The notes beneath the pieces were generated by a model, which was not told where the DNA came from, searched no databases, and worked only from the letters and a program-made list of their open reading frames with translations. Shown in pieces: positions 47,351 to 57,368 of a DNA stretch of 64,000 bases; position 1 is the stretch's first letter, and each line of letters begins with the position of its first letter. The stretch comes from a virus. Both the position numbers and the translations under genes were made by a program. The stretch spans positions 1 to 64,000 of IMG/VR virus record IMGVR_UViG_3300032073_000008; one strand, written 5' to 3'.

Positions 47351-47358
47351 TATTTATA
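47351..47358 (-). promoter_or_regulatory. T4-type late promoter for the riboswitch-peptide unit
   Basis: Exact TATAAATA directly after the gp23 terminator. Confidence 0.75.
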
Positions 47359-47363
47359 AGAAT

Positions 47364-47390
47364 AAAAAAAGAGGCTCCGAAGAGCCTCTT
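47364..47390 (-). terminator. gp23 terminator
   Basis: GAGGCTC-TTCG-GAGCCTC followed by T7. Confidence 0.9.
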
Positions 47391-47423
47391 ATAAAGTTGT
47401 CTGTTAAGACAGATCTTTTTATC

Positions 47424-48791
47424 TTATACCAAGTTAGCAACTTTAACGCGACGGTAGTAAGAGTTTTTACTAGCAAAGTTAACAGCACTTGCAGCAAATG
47501 GGTTCGCAACCATGCCGTAGCGAGTTTTGAAACCGATTTTTGGTTGGAAGGTATTCTCACCAACCGCACGAACCATTTGTAGAGGCACATATGGGCAGTA
47601 GAATAAACCAGCATCAAAGGCACTATCACCTTTGTAACCAATAGTGAAGTAGTTGTTAGTTGTATCAGAGAAGTATGGATCAATGTATACTTTGATACGA
47701 CCATTTAATACACCAGCGAAAGTGTTACCAGTGTCATCTACTTGCAAGTTGTTGCTAAGTGCAGGAGCATAGTCAAGAACACCAGCCATTTGAAGAGCAG
47801 AAGCTACATCAGATGAAGTGATCAAAACATTACCTTTACCGCGACGAGTTGCTTTACCGATTGCGTTAGCTTCACGCTCGATTTGGAACATTAAGCCTTT
47901 GAACTTCTCAACAGACCAGCGACCGTTTGAGTCAGTGTCTAGATCGAAAACACCATTATTAGTTACAAGACCTTGTGCACCGATAGTAGCAGTGTAGTTG
48001 ATAGTACGAACAACTTCACGGTTAATTTCAGCAAGGATCTCAGTAGATAAGATGTTGCTTAACTCTTGCTCAGCATCTAAACCATGGACAGCTTTAAGAT
48101 CTTGAGCTAATTCCATAGTGTATTCTGCTTTTAACGCACGAGATACAGCTGTTACACTGATTTTCTCGATAGAGAACGCCATTTCAGCAAAAGAGTTACC
48201 AGCTGCATCGCCAAGAGCTTCAGCAGTAGCAGTTGACATACCAGTGTGAACAGTATAGCCAGAACCAGAAGCAGCTTCAGTTGCATCTTGACCAGCTTGA
48301 GTAGTACCAGCAGCACCATCGATTACACCACCGAAGTTTGCTGTGTTAGCAGTCTCACTACCGATTGCAGAGAATGAAGTGTCAGCTTCGTTAAATAAGG
48401 CTTCAGTACCAGCTTGAGTATTGAGGCGTGATTTCATCGCAAAGATAAGACCAGTTGGACCAGTCATTGGCTGTACGCCACAAATATCATAAGCGATAAG
48501 GTTAGGCATTGAGCGACGCACTAAGCTGATTAGGACAGGATCGAAAGTATCGACACTACCGTCACCAGCAGTAGAGCTAGATGCACCCATTGCGTTTACT
48601 GGTGCTGCTTCGCCTAAAAGCGAAGGAGCGTGAGCACCGCCAGACTGAGCAGATTGCTCAGCTGCAGCTCGTTCTTGGTTTTCTAAAAGAGTTGCAACAG
48701 TTGAACGCTTGTGAGCGTCAGTGATCGAAGGAAGATCAGCGTGCTCAAGAACAGGTTGCCACTTCTTTTGTAGACTATCAGATTGAATCAT
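47424..48791 (-). CDS. gp23: Major capsid protein
   Basis: KW.P.L, LISLVRR.MPNLIAYDICGVQPMTGPTGLIFA, KAEYT.ELAQDLKAVHGLDAE, FQPKIGFKTRYG. Confidence 0.98.
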   Translation of the reverse strand: MIQSDSLQKKWQPVLEHADLPSITDAHKRSTVATLLENQERAAAEQSAQSGGAHAPSLLGEAAPVNAMGASSSTAGDGSVDTFDPVLISLVRRSMPNLIAYDICGVQPMTGPTGLIFAMKSRLNTQAGTEALFNEADTSFSAIGSETANTANFGGVIDGAAGTTQAGQDATEAASGSGYTVHTGMSTATAEALGDAAGNSFAEMAFSIEKISVTAVSRALKAEYTMELAQDLKAVHGLDAEQELSNILSTEILAEINREVVRTINYTATIGAQGLVTNNGVFDLDTDSNGRWSVEKFKGLMFQIEREANAIGKATRRGKGNVLITSSDVASALQMAGVLDYAPALSNNLQVDDTGNTFAGVLNGRIKVYIDPYFSDTTNNYFTIGYKGDSAFDAGLFYCPYVPLQMVRAVGENTFQPKIGFKTRYGMVANPFAASAVNFASKNSYYRRVKVANLV

Positions 48792-48835
48792 TATAGGTTC
48801 TCCTTAAAATAAGACCTTTTATTAAATTACTTGAT

Positions 48836-48843
48836 TATTTATA
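48836..48843 (-). promoter_or_regulatory. Late promoter (gp23)
   Basis: TATAAATA. Confidence 0.8.
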
Positions 48844-48848
48844 AAAAA

Positions 48849-49925
48849 TTACTTTTTAATGCTTTTTGAAATGGCATTCAAGTACGCACTCATGCTAGGA
48901 TCAGCATGATTTGTCTCTTCAGTTAATTCATCTAACTCAAGAGGCTCTTCATCGACAACCACTTGCTCAGCGACAACTTCTTCTTTAGGGAAGTAGCTCT
49001 CTTTGAGTGTCTCTAACTTTTCAGCATATGAATCTTCATCTTCAAACTCTACGCCTTCAGACAAAGAAGCCAGCTTAACGGCTTGAGACTCTGTGATATC
49101 TTCGCAAGCAGAAGCTAAGATCGCAGATTTCTTTGACTCAACTAATTCTTTGCGAAGAACGATGTTTCTTTCCATTTCTTCATTGATTGAAGATTCGAGC
49201 TCAGTAACCTTAGATGCTAATTCATCAACAAGGTCAACTTTCTCTTCTGGAATATCGATGTAGTTTTCAGTGAACAGACTGCGTAAACCAGTCATGAAGT
49301 TCTCAACGATTTCTGCTCGAACTCCTTGCTCAACTGCTAACTCATTTTCTTGCATCCACTCTTCAGCGACATACTCTAAGTAGTCATCTAAGCGTGATGA
49401 AAGAGATTCATTAATGGTAGATTTTTCTGCTTCAAGTTCTGCTTCAAAATCAACAGTAACAGATTCTAAAACTTCGTTGACTTTTGAAACTACTGCAGCT
49501 TCAAAGATAGTTGTAGCTTTTGATACAAAATCTTCTGAAAGATCTTGACCACCAAACATTGCTTCAACATCTTCAGCGATAGATACATCTTCAGCACTAA
49601 TCTGACGGATTTCTTTGATAGATTGTGTATCAGCTTCTTCTGAAACTTCTTCAGCTTCAAAACCTTCAACCTTCAAAGATGCCATAACCTTACCATAGTT
49701 TGCTGCGATGTCGTCTTTCTTCATGCCTTTAACAGCATCCATCATAGCATTGATCATACCAACTTTTGTTTTGGGAGCAGGCACTTGTTTAGGAGCACCC
49801 TTCTTAATTTCTGCAGCATTGTCGTCAGCGATTTTTTCGCCATCAACTTCTGGTGCAGCATTCGCTTCTTCGAGAGCGTCATCAGTTTGCTCAACTTCTA
49901 CACCCTCTAGTTCTAAATCAGACAT
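48849..49925 (-). CDS. gp22: Prohead core scaffold protein
   Basis: Acidic coiled coil, KA.TIFEAAV, DYL.YV.EEW..EN, KL.TLKESYF; synteny. Confidence 0.92.
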   Translation of the reverse strand: MSDLELEGVEVEQTDDALEEANAAPEVDGEKIADDNAAEIKKGAPKQVPAPKTKVGMINAMMDAVKGMKKDDIAANYGKVMASLKVEGFEAEEVSEEADTQSIKEIRQISAEDVSIAEDVEAMFGGQDLSEDFVSKATTIFEAAVVSKVNEVLESVTVDFEAELEAEKSTINESLSSRLDDYLEYVAEEWMQENELAVEQGVRAEIVENFMTGLRSLFTENYIDIPEEKVDLVDELASKVTELESSINEEMERNIVLRKELVESKKSAILASACEDITESQAVKLASLSEGVEFEDEDSYAEKLETLKESYFPKEEVVAEQVVVDEEPLELDELTEETNHADPSMSAYLNAISKSIKK

Positions 49926-49957
49926 GGATTTCTCCTTTAAATTAATTGAATACAGTC

Positions 49958-49965
49958 TATTTATA
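49958..49965 (-). promoter_or_regulatory. Late promoter (gp22)
   Basis: TATAAATA. Confidence 0.78.
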
Positions 49966-49970
49966 AAAAT

Positions 49971-50627
49971 TTATAATTTGGAAATAAAGTCCTTAAAAAC
50001 AGCCAACTTTGTCTCTTCGAGCTCTTGAGAACTGGCTTTTTGAACTTCATTCTTATAATCAGCAATATTGGCTTCGCGGATAACACCGTTTTCCCAAACC
50101 CACTCTTTGCCTTCCATGATACCTTGCACGAAAGCATCTGGTGCTGATGGGTCTGCAACAATATCAGCTGCAGTTGCGAGATAGAAGTCATTTTGAACTT
50201 CACCAACACCAGCTTTTGTTTGTTTGACTGAACCCATACCACGAGATGAAACACCTAGTTGAGCACCCTCGTCCATCAAAGATTTGACGATAGCACCATA
50301 AGGAGTTTCTGTCATGATTTTAGCTTTACCAAGAAAGTTAGAACCATCACGCTTCAACTCAGTGATCATATGCGAAACACGCTCAAGATTTATAGTTGGA
50401 CCTTGTGGATGTCCAAGCTCACCATAAGCACGATTCTTTTCAACATACTCTTCAGAGTATCGTTTGATTTCTTTATCTAAAACCTCAGCAGGATATAATC
50501 GACCGTTGCGGTTTTGTATATCACCTTGCAAGAAAACACCTTCAATAAAATATGACTTCTTACCATCTTTATCTTTGGCTTCTGTAAGGTAATTAATATC
50601 TTCGTTTACTTCGCATATTAGCTTCAT
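49971..50627 (-). CDS. gp21: Prohead protease
   Basis: IEG.FLQ....NRNGR.YP, GELGHP, GVSSRGMGS, DIVADPSAPDA. Confidence 0.96.
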   Translation of the reverse strand: MKLICEVNEDINYLTEAKDKDGKKSYFIEGVFLQGDIQNRNGRLYPAEVLDKEIKRYSEEYVEKNRAYGELGHPQGPTINLERVSHMITELKRDGSNFLGKAKIMTETPYGAIVKSLMDEGAQLGVSSRGMGSVKQTKAGVGEVQNDFYLATAADIVADPSAPDAFVQGIMEGKEWVWENGVIREANIADYKNEVQKASSQELEETKLAVFKDFISKL

Positions 50628-50628
50628 A

Positions 50629-50886
50629 TTAGTAACCTGAGTTTGCTATAGCTGTGCCATAAAAGGTTGTAGCACCACGCAATCCTTGACTATCTGCTAA
50701 GTGGACTACAATACCAGAACCTGCAGCAACATATATTGTTCCTAAATCACCGCCATCTGCAGCATTACGAACAGTTGCAACCGCAGCAGAAGTATGAGTG
50801 TTAAACAGATAAACTGCGTGTTGACCTGTTGTTTTAAATTTTGTTGTTCCTGTGGCTAGTGCCGTTGCTGTTCCTAATACCTTCAT
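50629..50886 (-). CDS. Small virion-associated hypothetical protein
   Basis: 85 aa, Ala/Thr/Gly-rich, coupled within the head operon. Confidence 0.6.
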   Translation of the reverse strand: MKVLGTATALATGTTKFKTTGQHAVYLFNTHTSAAVATVRNAADGGDLGTIYVAAGSGIVVHLADSQGLRGATTFYGTAIANSGY

Positions 50887-51350
50887 TATTTACCCCCGAA
50901 TGCGATGTCAACCAACTGAAACATTCCTTCAGGCGATTTTTCTAACATCTTTTCAGCCTTTTTTGCATTAGCAGGCTTTAGTTTATTTAGCATGTTAACA
51001 AGAGCAGAAGCAGTAGTCATGTCTATTGTCTCAGACTTACCATCACCGAACTTAACCTTCTTTGCTGCTTTTTTCTTAACAATATCGTTTAACTGATCTA
51101 CAACTTTTCCCTCAGATAAGTCACTTTCCTCATCTTGTTCAGTTTCAGTTTCTTCAGTGATCTCAGCACGATCACCATCGAATTGATGATCTCCAGCAAC
51201 TGGATGTTTTGTTACAGTCATCTTGTGCTTGGCTTTAAAATCTTTTTCGCCTTTTGGTTTTGGTTCTAATTGATCCTTTTCAGTATTATCATTAGGACGA
51301 CCGCCTGATGCAGCTTCAGATACAAATGTCTTAAATCTTTTGATAGGCAT
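50886..51350 (-). CDS. Prohead core/internal protein (gp68-region)
   Basis: CTS-like KRFKTFVSE, I-T-E and L-S-E sites; between portal and protease. Confidence 0.55.
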   Translation of the reverse strand: MPIKRFKTFVSEAASGGRPNDNTEKDQLEPKPKGEKDFKAKHKMTVTKHPVAGDHQFDGDRAEITEETETEQDEESDLSEGKVVDQLNDIVKKKAAKKVKFGDGKSETIDMTTASALVNMLNKLKPANAKKAEKMLEKSPEGMFQLVDIAFGGK

Positions 51351-51352
51351 TA

Positions 51353-51544
51353 CTAATCCTCTGGTTCTTGATTATCTTGTTGTGACATAAAGTTTGTTGA
51401 AACCTCATGTTTTTTAATTTCTACAGCATCTTTAATTTTGTCCATCAACAAGTCGTTGACGACATCTTTAAACCCTGATACATCGCCTTCTGCAGCTTTA
51501 TTTATTGCGTCTAAAGATGTTACAGTTTCTTGTTCTTCGCTCAT
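51353..51544 (-). CDS. Prohead core protein gp67-like
   Basis: Small acidic ORF immediately after the portal. Confidence 0.55.
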   Translation of the reverse strand: MSEEQETVTSLDAINKAAEGDVSGFKDVVNDLLMDKIKDAVEIKKHEVSTNFMSQQDNQEPED

Positions 51545-51556
51545 AATAATCTCCAA

Positions 51557-51572
51557 TATTTATATATTTATA
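51557..51572 (-). promoter_or_regulatory. Tandem late promoter TATAAATA x2
   Basis: tatttatatatttata on the + strand gives two abutting copies. Confidence 0.7.
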
Positions 51573-51589
51573 AGATAAATCTCTTACAA

Positions 51590-53071
51590 TTAAAATTCGT
51601 TATCGTCACCATCACCTTCATCAGCGATATCTTTATCCATCTGTTCAATATCTTCTTCTGTCTGCATAAGAACATTTTTACGGATCCATGCTGTGGAGAA
51701 ATATTTACCAGTATATTGGTCAACATCTTGAAGTAGTGATAATCTTTCTCTCATAACTTCAGATGTTTTCAATTCAGAAAAATGGTTGTCTTCAGCGAAA
51801 TTAAACCGCAATTCTTTCTTTATTTCAGACCACTCTTCTTTTGTTATAACGCCTTTCAAAAGTAGTTGCTTTTCAAGAAGAATCATAAACAATTCTGAAA
51901 AACGACTTCTTAATCTTTTAACAAACTTAGAAAACTTTAACTCGTCACGAGTTATCTCGGATGCTCTTCCAAGATTAAATTGTCCATCTGACTGTAATCT
52001 TGATGAAGGAACATTAAGAGATTCATAAAGTTTTCTGCGAAAATATTCTACATCATCCATCTCTCCAAGATTTTGCCCACCTGGAAGTGTGGTGATTTCT
52101 GTTCCGCTACTACCTTCTCTTCTTGGTAGCCAATAATCTTCAAGCATAGTAAGAAATTTACGATCATCTCTAACTTCACCAGTGTTAGCATCATAGACTA
52201 ATTTATTCTTATGCTTAACCATCATATCTCGTAGATATTGTTCAGCTTTTGCTTTGGGCAAATTACCTACATCGATATAAAATATTCTTCTTTCTGGTGC
52301 ACGAGCTAGACGATAAATAATTGTCGCATCTTCTAACATACGCAACTGATTCAAGGGCTTAACAGCTTTGTGTAAATGCCCAAGAACCATTGAATTCTTT
52401 TGATCCATAACACCGCTATGGATATATGCGATAGCATCAGGAGCAATCTTAACACCCGAATTACCAGCACTTACTCCTTTGCCAGAGTAAATAAAATATT
52501 CATTATATTGTTTACCAATAACACCTTGTCTGTCAGCACCGCCATTTTTTGGTTTCTTTTCAGTCCTGACTTTTTTGATCTTTCTTGGATCAATATATCT
52601 GAGTTCTTGTATTCCTTTTCTGGGATTAGCAGTATCAATCATCAGATGATAATACAACCTTCCATCAACATACCAATTACGGAATATGTCATATCCGCTG
52701 TTCTCAAAATGCATTAAATTAAGAATTCCGTCAAACTCTTCACGGATCCTTTCTTTGATTGCATCTGGTTGCTCGACTTCGTCAACAACAACCTCAACAG
52801 CAGCACTACTATCTTCAAACACAACAGCTTCATTAATAATATCATCTACAGCCTTGTCACATTCACCTTGATATGACATTTCTCTGTATTTTGTTATCAA
52901 TGTAACTTCAGTTTTAGCAGATCCTTCAAGATCAACTGTAGTGCCGAAAGCACCACCTGCATTCACATCTATCGTACCATCTATGTTAGGTGGTGGTGCG
53001 AATGACTGTACTGTTGGTGGTGCTTCTTGTTCTTTGCGTCCGATCTGAAAACCGAAAAGTTCTATTGCCAT
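51590..53071 (-). CDS. gp20: Portal protein
   Basis: ELFGF, WYVDGR, LRMLEDA..IYRL.RAPERRIFYIDVGNLP, EDYWLPRREG...TEI.TLPGGQNLG. Confidence 0.97.
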   Translation of the reverse strand: MAIELFGFQIGRKEQEAPPTVQSFAPPPNIDGTIDVNAGGAFGTTVDLEGSAKTEVTLITKYREMSYQGECDKAVDDIINEAVVFEDSSAAVEVVVDEVEQPDAIKERIREEFDGILNLMHFENSGYDIFRNWYVDGRLYYHLMIDTANPRKGIQELRYIDPRKIKKVRTEKKPKNGGADRQGVIGKQYNEYFIYSGKGVSAGNSGVKIAPDAIAYIHSGVMDQKNSMVLGHLHKAVKPLNQLRMLEDATIIYRLARAPERRIFYIDVGNLPKAKAEQYLRDMMVKHKNKLVYDANTGEVRDDRKFLTMLEDYWLPRREGSSGTEITTLPGGQNLGEMDDVEYFRRKLYESLNVPSSRLQSDGQFNLGRASEITRDELKFSKFVKRLRSRFSELFMILLEKQLLLKGVITKEEWSEIKKELRFNFAEDNHFSELKTSEVMRERLSLLQDVDQYTGKYFSTAWIRKNVLMQTEEDIEQMDKDIADEGDGDDNEF

Positions 53072-53140
53072 TATGGTCAATCCTCATCATTAATAGGGGC
53101 ATCATACTATTTATGCCTGCCCCTAGATCACTTTTTTGGA

Positions 53141-53686
53141 CTAAATTCCGCCAGCGTTTCCAGTAACACCGCCAGATACTTCCCAATAATCATATTGGAA
53201 TGTCACAGTGTACTCTTGGATTGCATCACTATCCCATGCTAAGTCGATGGTGCCAACTTCAGATGGATACAAGCCAACAAAGTTATAAACACGGAGTATA
53301 GCACCGTCTTTACCAAACTGTGTTACTTGTGCATTAGCTTTATATAGGCTTGGAGCAGAGCCAGACTGATTAACATTACCTTGAGCAGTGTTAATTGAGT
53401 TTGACCATGCTTCCATAGCATTTCGGACTGCGAAGTCTTCGTCATTAATAATAGTTGGTGCCCATTCAGCATAAGTACGATTACCAGCCAACTTAATTTG
53501 ACGACCGAAGTATGGAACTTCAACCGTACCAAGCGTAGAGGCAGGTATTTGTGCAGCCTTTGTCATAAAAGGCACTTGTGCATCAGCAACACCGTTAATT
53601 GGATTTGTAATCTGGACTTGGAAGAGTGATGCTCTTGCACCACCCCCAGTTAAAGCTCCAGCAAAATCATTTACATTAAACGCCAT
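53141..53686 (-). CDS. gp19: Tail tube protein
   Basis: GGAR..LF, V.YFGR..KLAGNRT, NDEDF, VTFQYDYWE. Confidence 0.94.
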   Translation of the reverse strand: MAFNVNDFAGALTGGGARASLFQVQITNPINGVADAQVPFMTKAAQIPASTLGTVEVPYFGRQIKLAGNRTYAEWAPTIINDEDFAVRNAMEAWSNSINTAQGNVNQSGSAPSLYKANAQVTQFGKDGAILRVYNFVGLYPSEVGTIDLAWDSDAIQEYTVTFQYDYWEVSGGVTGNAGGI

Positions 53687-53716
53687 TTTTTTTATCTCCC
53701 GATTCTTATTTTATAT

Positions 53717-55663
53717 TTATGCACGACCAACAATTTCAGAAAACTCAACGCCAGTTCGTACAGCAACAAAGTTCAACTGAATAAAGTTGATTGATCGGGC
53801 TGGTTTGATATAGATGTCGCCTATGAATTCATTACGATCTATAACTTCGCCAGTGTTATTTGTTCCGTCACATACTACAACGAAATCATTAATACCACGA
53901 CGACCTTGAACATCTCTTAAGAAAGGTTCAACTAAGTTCTTAAATTGACTTCTAGTGAATTCATCATTGAATTCGAATAAAGTAAATTGTGAAGCTGTAG
54001 AAATAGCCTTTTCTAGTACGATGAACAGTCTACGAACATTAATACGATCAAATGCAGACGGTTTAGCTAACAGCGTCTTGTCTCCAAACAGTACAGTACC
54101 TTGTCCTGGAAATGTGACAACTGGATTAATGCCTTTCTTATAAAGGGCATCACGATCGCCTTTAGTTGGATTATATGCTAATTTGACAACGCTCTTAACA
54201 TTACCGCGATTGAATCCAGCAGGTGAGTACCAAGGATCACGAGTAGTGTCAGTTTGTACCATCAAACCAGCTGTATCGGCATTTAAAGGAATGTAACGGT
54301 AAACATCATTGTACTTATCATACATGTACTTCCAGCCACCATCCATAACTGCGTATGAAGATGAAGGTAATGAGTCGCGGAATGCAATTACATCAGCAAC
54401 CTCTTTACCAGCATATGAGTTGTTGTTAACAACATCAGCATACTCTGGTGAGATTACAGCGATACAATCTTTACGACTTTCAGCAATGTTTGTAATTAGG
54501 TATGTTGCTAATGTTTGGTCAGCATTACCACCCAACAAGAATGATACATCAACATCTTCAGAGGATTTGAATAAATCATATCCAACTATTTTTTGTGCTC
54601 CAGTCAGATCATTACCATCAGTACCACCAGAAAGCGAGATGTTTTTAACACCTGATTTTATAGTCGCTTGATCAACAGTAAATGATTCGTCGGCTTCTGA
54701 TGTTGTAGTTCCATCTAAAAATGTTTTATCAGAAACTTTAATAAATTGAGATTGTTGGTTTATAACTTCTCGGAAATTATTTCCTGCACCTTCTGCTGTT
54801 TTTGCATCAATTGCTTTGGAAACAGAGCTATATGTTTCTAAGATAGCATTTTTGGTTCCTGTAATAAGACCATCTTCATCTATGACTGCTATATGAAGCT
54901 CATCAGTCGTACCACCACGATTAGTAGCAGTTGCTGAAGTTCCAGGTGCAGTATCAAAACTGTTGAAGTATTCCCAATTTCGTATTACACCATATTGCGC
55001 ATTTGATGTTGTTCCATTATAGGTATCATCAATGAGCAATGTTACAAAAGCAGTGCTATTTGCGGATGGACCAGTACCAGTGGTTGTCACACTCAAAACT
55101 TTACTATCATGAGCGTTGTTTTCACCTACAGATACTATATCACCCACGCTAAACTGTTCAGCTAAAGCGGTTGCTTGTGAATCGCCAGCAGCATCTATTA
55201 CAACAGATTTTGTTCCATTAGCAATTGTGTGTTTATCAGCTAATGTTTTTTGATATCCATTTGCACTAGCACAAACTGAAATTTTTATAGAGTTTCCTAA
55301 TTTTCCAGGATACTTAGCATAAAAATTATCAGTTGTTGGTACAGTTGAATCATCATTTTTAATCATAACCTCAAAATTAGATTCTGATGCATTATTTGCT
55401 CCAGGACCAGCAACACGCACAACATTAAGTGCATTGCCGTATGCTAAAAAGTTTGCAGCCGTGAAAAAATCAACTGCATTATTTGAGTTCGGTTTTTGGA
55501 AAGTGCTCACAAGTCGATCTTCAGAGTCAACTAAAACTCTGTCCTCTACTGGACCCCACCTAAACTGACCAGCAATTGCACCTTCTGTGGTGGAAACTGC
55601 AGGAACAACTGTGGTAAGGTCGATCTCGCTTACATTAACTCCAGGACTTACTTGGAATGGCAT
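53717..55663 (-). CDS. gp18: Tail sheath protein
   Basis: SPGVNVSEIDLT, WGP, W.SPAG.NRG, FDRINVRRLF, KPARSINFI.LNF. Confidence 0.97.
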   Translation of the reverse strand: MPFQVSPGVNVSEIDLTTVVPAVSTTEGAIAGQFRWGPVEDRVLVDSEDRLVSTFQKPNSNNAVDFFTAANFLAYGNALNVVRVAGPGANNASESNFEVMIKNDDSTVPTTDNFYAKYPGKLGNSIKISVCASANGYQKTLADKHTIANGTKSVVIDAAGDSQATALAEQFSVGDIVSVGENNAHDSKVLSVTTTGTGPSANSTAFVTLLIDDTYNGTTSNAQYGVIRNWEYFNSFDTAPGTSATATNRGGTTDELHIAVIDEDGLITGTKNAILETYSSVSKAIDAKTAEGAGNNFREVINQQSQFIKVSDKTFLDGTTTSEADESFTVDQATIKSGVKNISLSGGTDGNDLTGAQKIVGYDLFKSSEDVDVSFLLGGNADQTLATYLITNIAESRKDCIAVISPEYADVVNNNSYAGKEVADVIAFRDSLPSSSYAVMDGGWKYMYDKYNDVYRYIPLNADTAGLMVQTDTTRDPWYSPAGFNRGNVKSVVKLAYNPTKGDRDALYKKGINPVVTFPGQGTVLFGDKTLLAKPSAFDRINVRRLFIVLEKAISTASQFTLFEFNDEFTRSQFKNLVEPFLRDVQGRRGINDFVVVCDGTNNTGEVIDRNEFIGDIYIKPARSINFIQLNFVAVRTGVEFSEIVGRA

Positions 55664-55707
55664 TGTTATTCTCCTTTGGAAGAGTTTTTATTTCAATTCA
55701 GACTTGA

Positions 55708-55715
55708 TATTTATA
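55708..55715 (-). promoter_or_regulatory. Late promoter (gp18)
   Basis: TATAAATA. Confidence 0.78.
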
Positions 55716-55727
55716 AAAACTCAATGT

Positions 55728-57368
55728 TTAGTAATTTTCAAAGTTCCCATGAGTGATGTAATCTTGCGTGTCAAATGGGTCAGATGGTGTGTAATCTACA
55801 ACATTATCATCAGGTATGCCATCATCATGGAACCCAAATGGTAACATACTCTCCATCATTTCTTGATCTGTTTTTTCTCTTAATTGGATTAGTGTATTTA
55901 TGTCTGTCATATCTTTAAAATATGACTGGTCTGTCAGCCATGCAAATAAAACAAGACACATCACTAGATCATCATGAGCACCAGACTCTGCTTCATACGA
56001 GTTTCTTTTTCTCGAGAAAGTTGATAGCTCTTTTATAGTATTAAAATCGTTAATTATAAGTTGATCTTGTTCAATCAACAGCTTTAGTATAGAACATCCT
56101 ACAGCCTTCACGCTTTTAGTTGTTCTAATTCCTTTATCACACCTTTTGCTGAACCCAGTTGATATTCTTTTACCTGATCTTCCAGCACTTTCGGTGAATA
56201 ATATGTTTTCATATTCAAATTCATAATGAAGAAGCTCTGCGACTTGTTCACCAATATCATTTATTTCAACTAATACAGTCGCTTCATTAAAGCTCTTGCA
56301 TGTTCTATATATTACTTCTGAGTATTCAGCAGGAGTGATAAAGTTATCTCTGTAAACACAGACTTGTTTATATGGCATTTCTGTTATGTCTATTATCTGA
56401 AATGCTGAATAGTCTAAACCCTTTCCTCTTGATACATCAACGACACAAGCATAGGTATGATCTGGCTGTCCTTGATCATACATTGATATGCCACTACCCT
56501 CAACTAATGGTCTTTTATCCACTAATGTTTTTAGTTTACTACCATCAATCAATGTTCCAGAACTGCCAAGAAACTCACACTCATATTCTTGAGCAAACTT
56601 CTCAAGATCATAATCCATAGACTGCAATGTTTCTTCTTTCCAAGCATCATCTCTTCCAGGAACATCAGTCCAATTTACCCTGACATACTCATATCCATTT
56701 TTACCATCTCTAGCACCTTCGCAAGTTTTATAAAAATGATTCAAACCATTTGGTGTGGATGTCAATAATATTTTAGTTGTGTTACCAGAAGATATTGTGG
56801 GGAATACAGAAGCAAAAAATTCATCCCAATTATCTACGAATGCAGTTTCATCAATGTATAGGAATGATACAGACTTACCACGAATAGCAGATGAGGATGT
56901 TGCAGCAGCAATAATTTTACAACCATTCTCAAACTGAACTGAACCTTTGTTCCACTCAACGACACCTTGTTGCATCCATTGCGGTAGTGCTTCATATGCA
57001 ATCTTAATTCTGTCAAGAATCTCACGAGCTGAGTCGCCCTTGTTCGCAAGCAACGCAACAGTCTTATGCTCATTGAATAGAATGAAGTGTAATATAACAG
57101 CAACTGCGGTTGTAGTTTTACCTGCCTGCCGAGATGTGACCACAGTTACTCTACGATTATCAGTTATCTTCTCAATAATATCTCGTTGATAATCATACAG
57201 ACGCATTGGTATTAGACCGTGATCTACATGAACAATTTGTATGTAGTTCTCAGCAAAATAGAGTGGATCTTTAGCACACTTCACATATTCTGTGACTTGC
57301 TCTTGAGTCCAGCTGATCTGAACACCCTTCTTTTTGAGAAGAGCATTTCCATTATATGTATCAGCCAA
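55728..57368 (-). CDS. gp17: Terminase large subunit
   Basis: SRQAGKTT, YIDE.AF, STPNG.NHF, DVSRG...DYS, HDDLVM; no intein or intron seen. Confidence 0.97.
   Translation of the reverse strand: MADTYNGNALLKKKGVQISWTQEQVTEYVKCAKDPLYFAENYIQIVHVDHGLIPMRLYDYQRDIIEKITDNRRVTVVTSRQAGKTTTAVAVILHFILFNEHKTVALLANKGDSAREILDRIKIAYEALPQWMQQGVVEWNKGSVQFENGCKIIAAATSSSAIRGKSVSFLYIDETAFVDNWDEFFASVFPTISSGNTTKILLTSTPNGLNHFYKTCEGARDGKNGYEYVRVNWTDVPGRDDAWKEETLQSMDYDLEKFAQEYECEFLGSSGTLIDGSKLKTLVDKRPLVEGSGISMYDQGQPDHTYACVVDVSRGKGLDYSAFQIIDITEMPYKQVCVYRDNFITPAEYSEVIYRTCKSFNEATVLVEINDIGEQVAELLHYEFEYENILFTESAGRSGKRISTGFSKRCDKGIRTTKSVKAVGCSILKLLIEQDQLIINDFNTIKELSTFSRKRNSYEAESGAHDDLVMCLVLFAWLTDQSYFKDMTDINTLIQLREKTDQEMMESMLPFGFHDDGIPDDNVVDYTPSDPFDTQDYITHGNFENY

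Noticed and set aside
47354-47704. 116-aa ORF overlapping the 3' end of gp23
   Set aside because: Alternate frame of gp23 that runs through its terminator.
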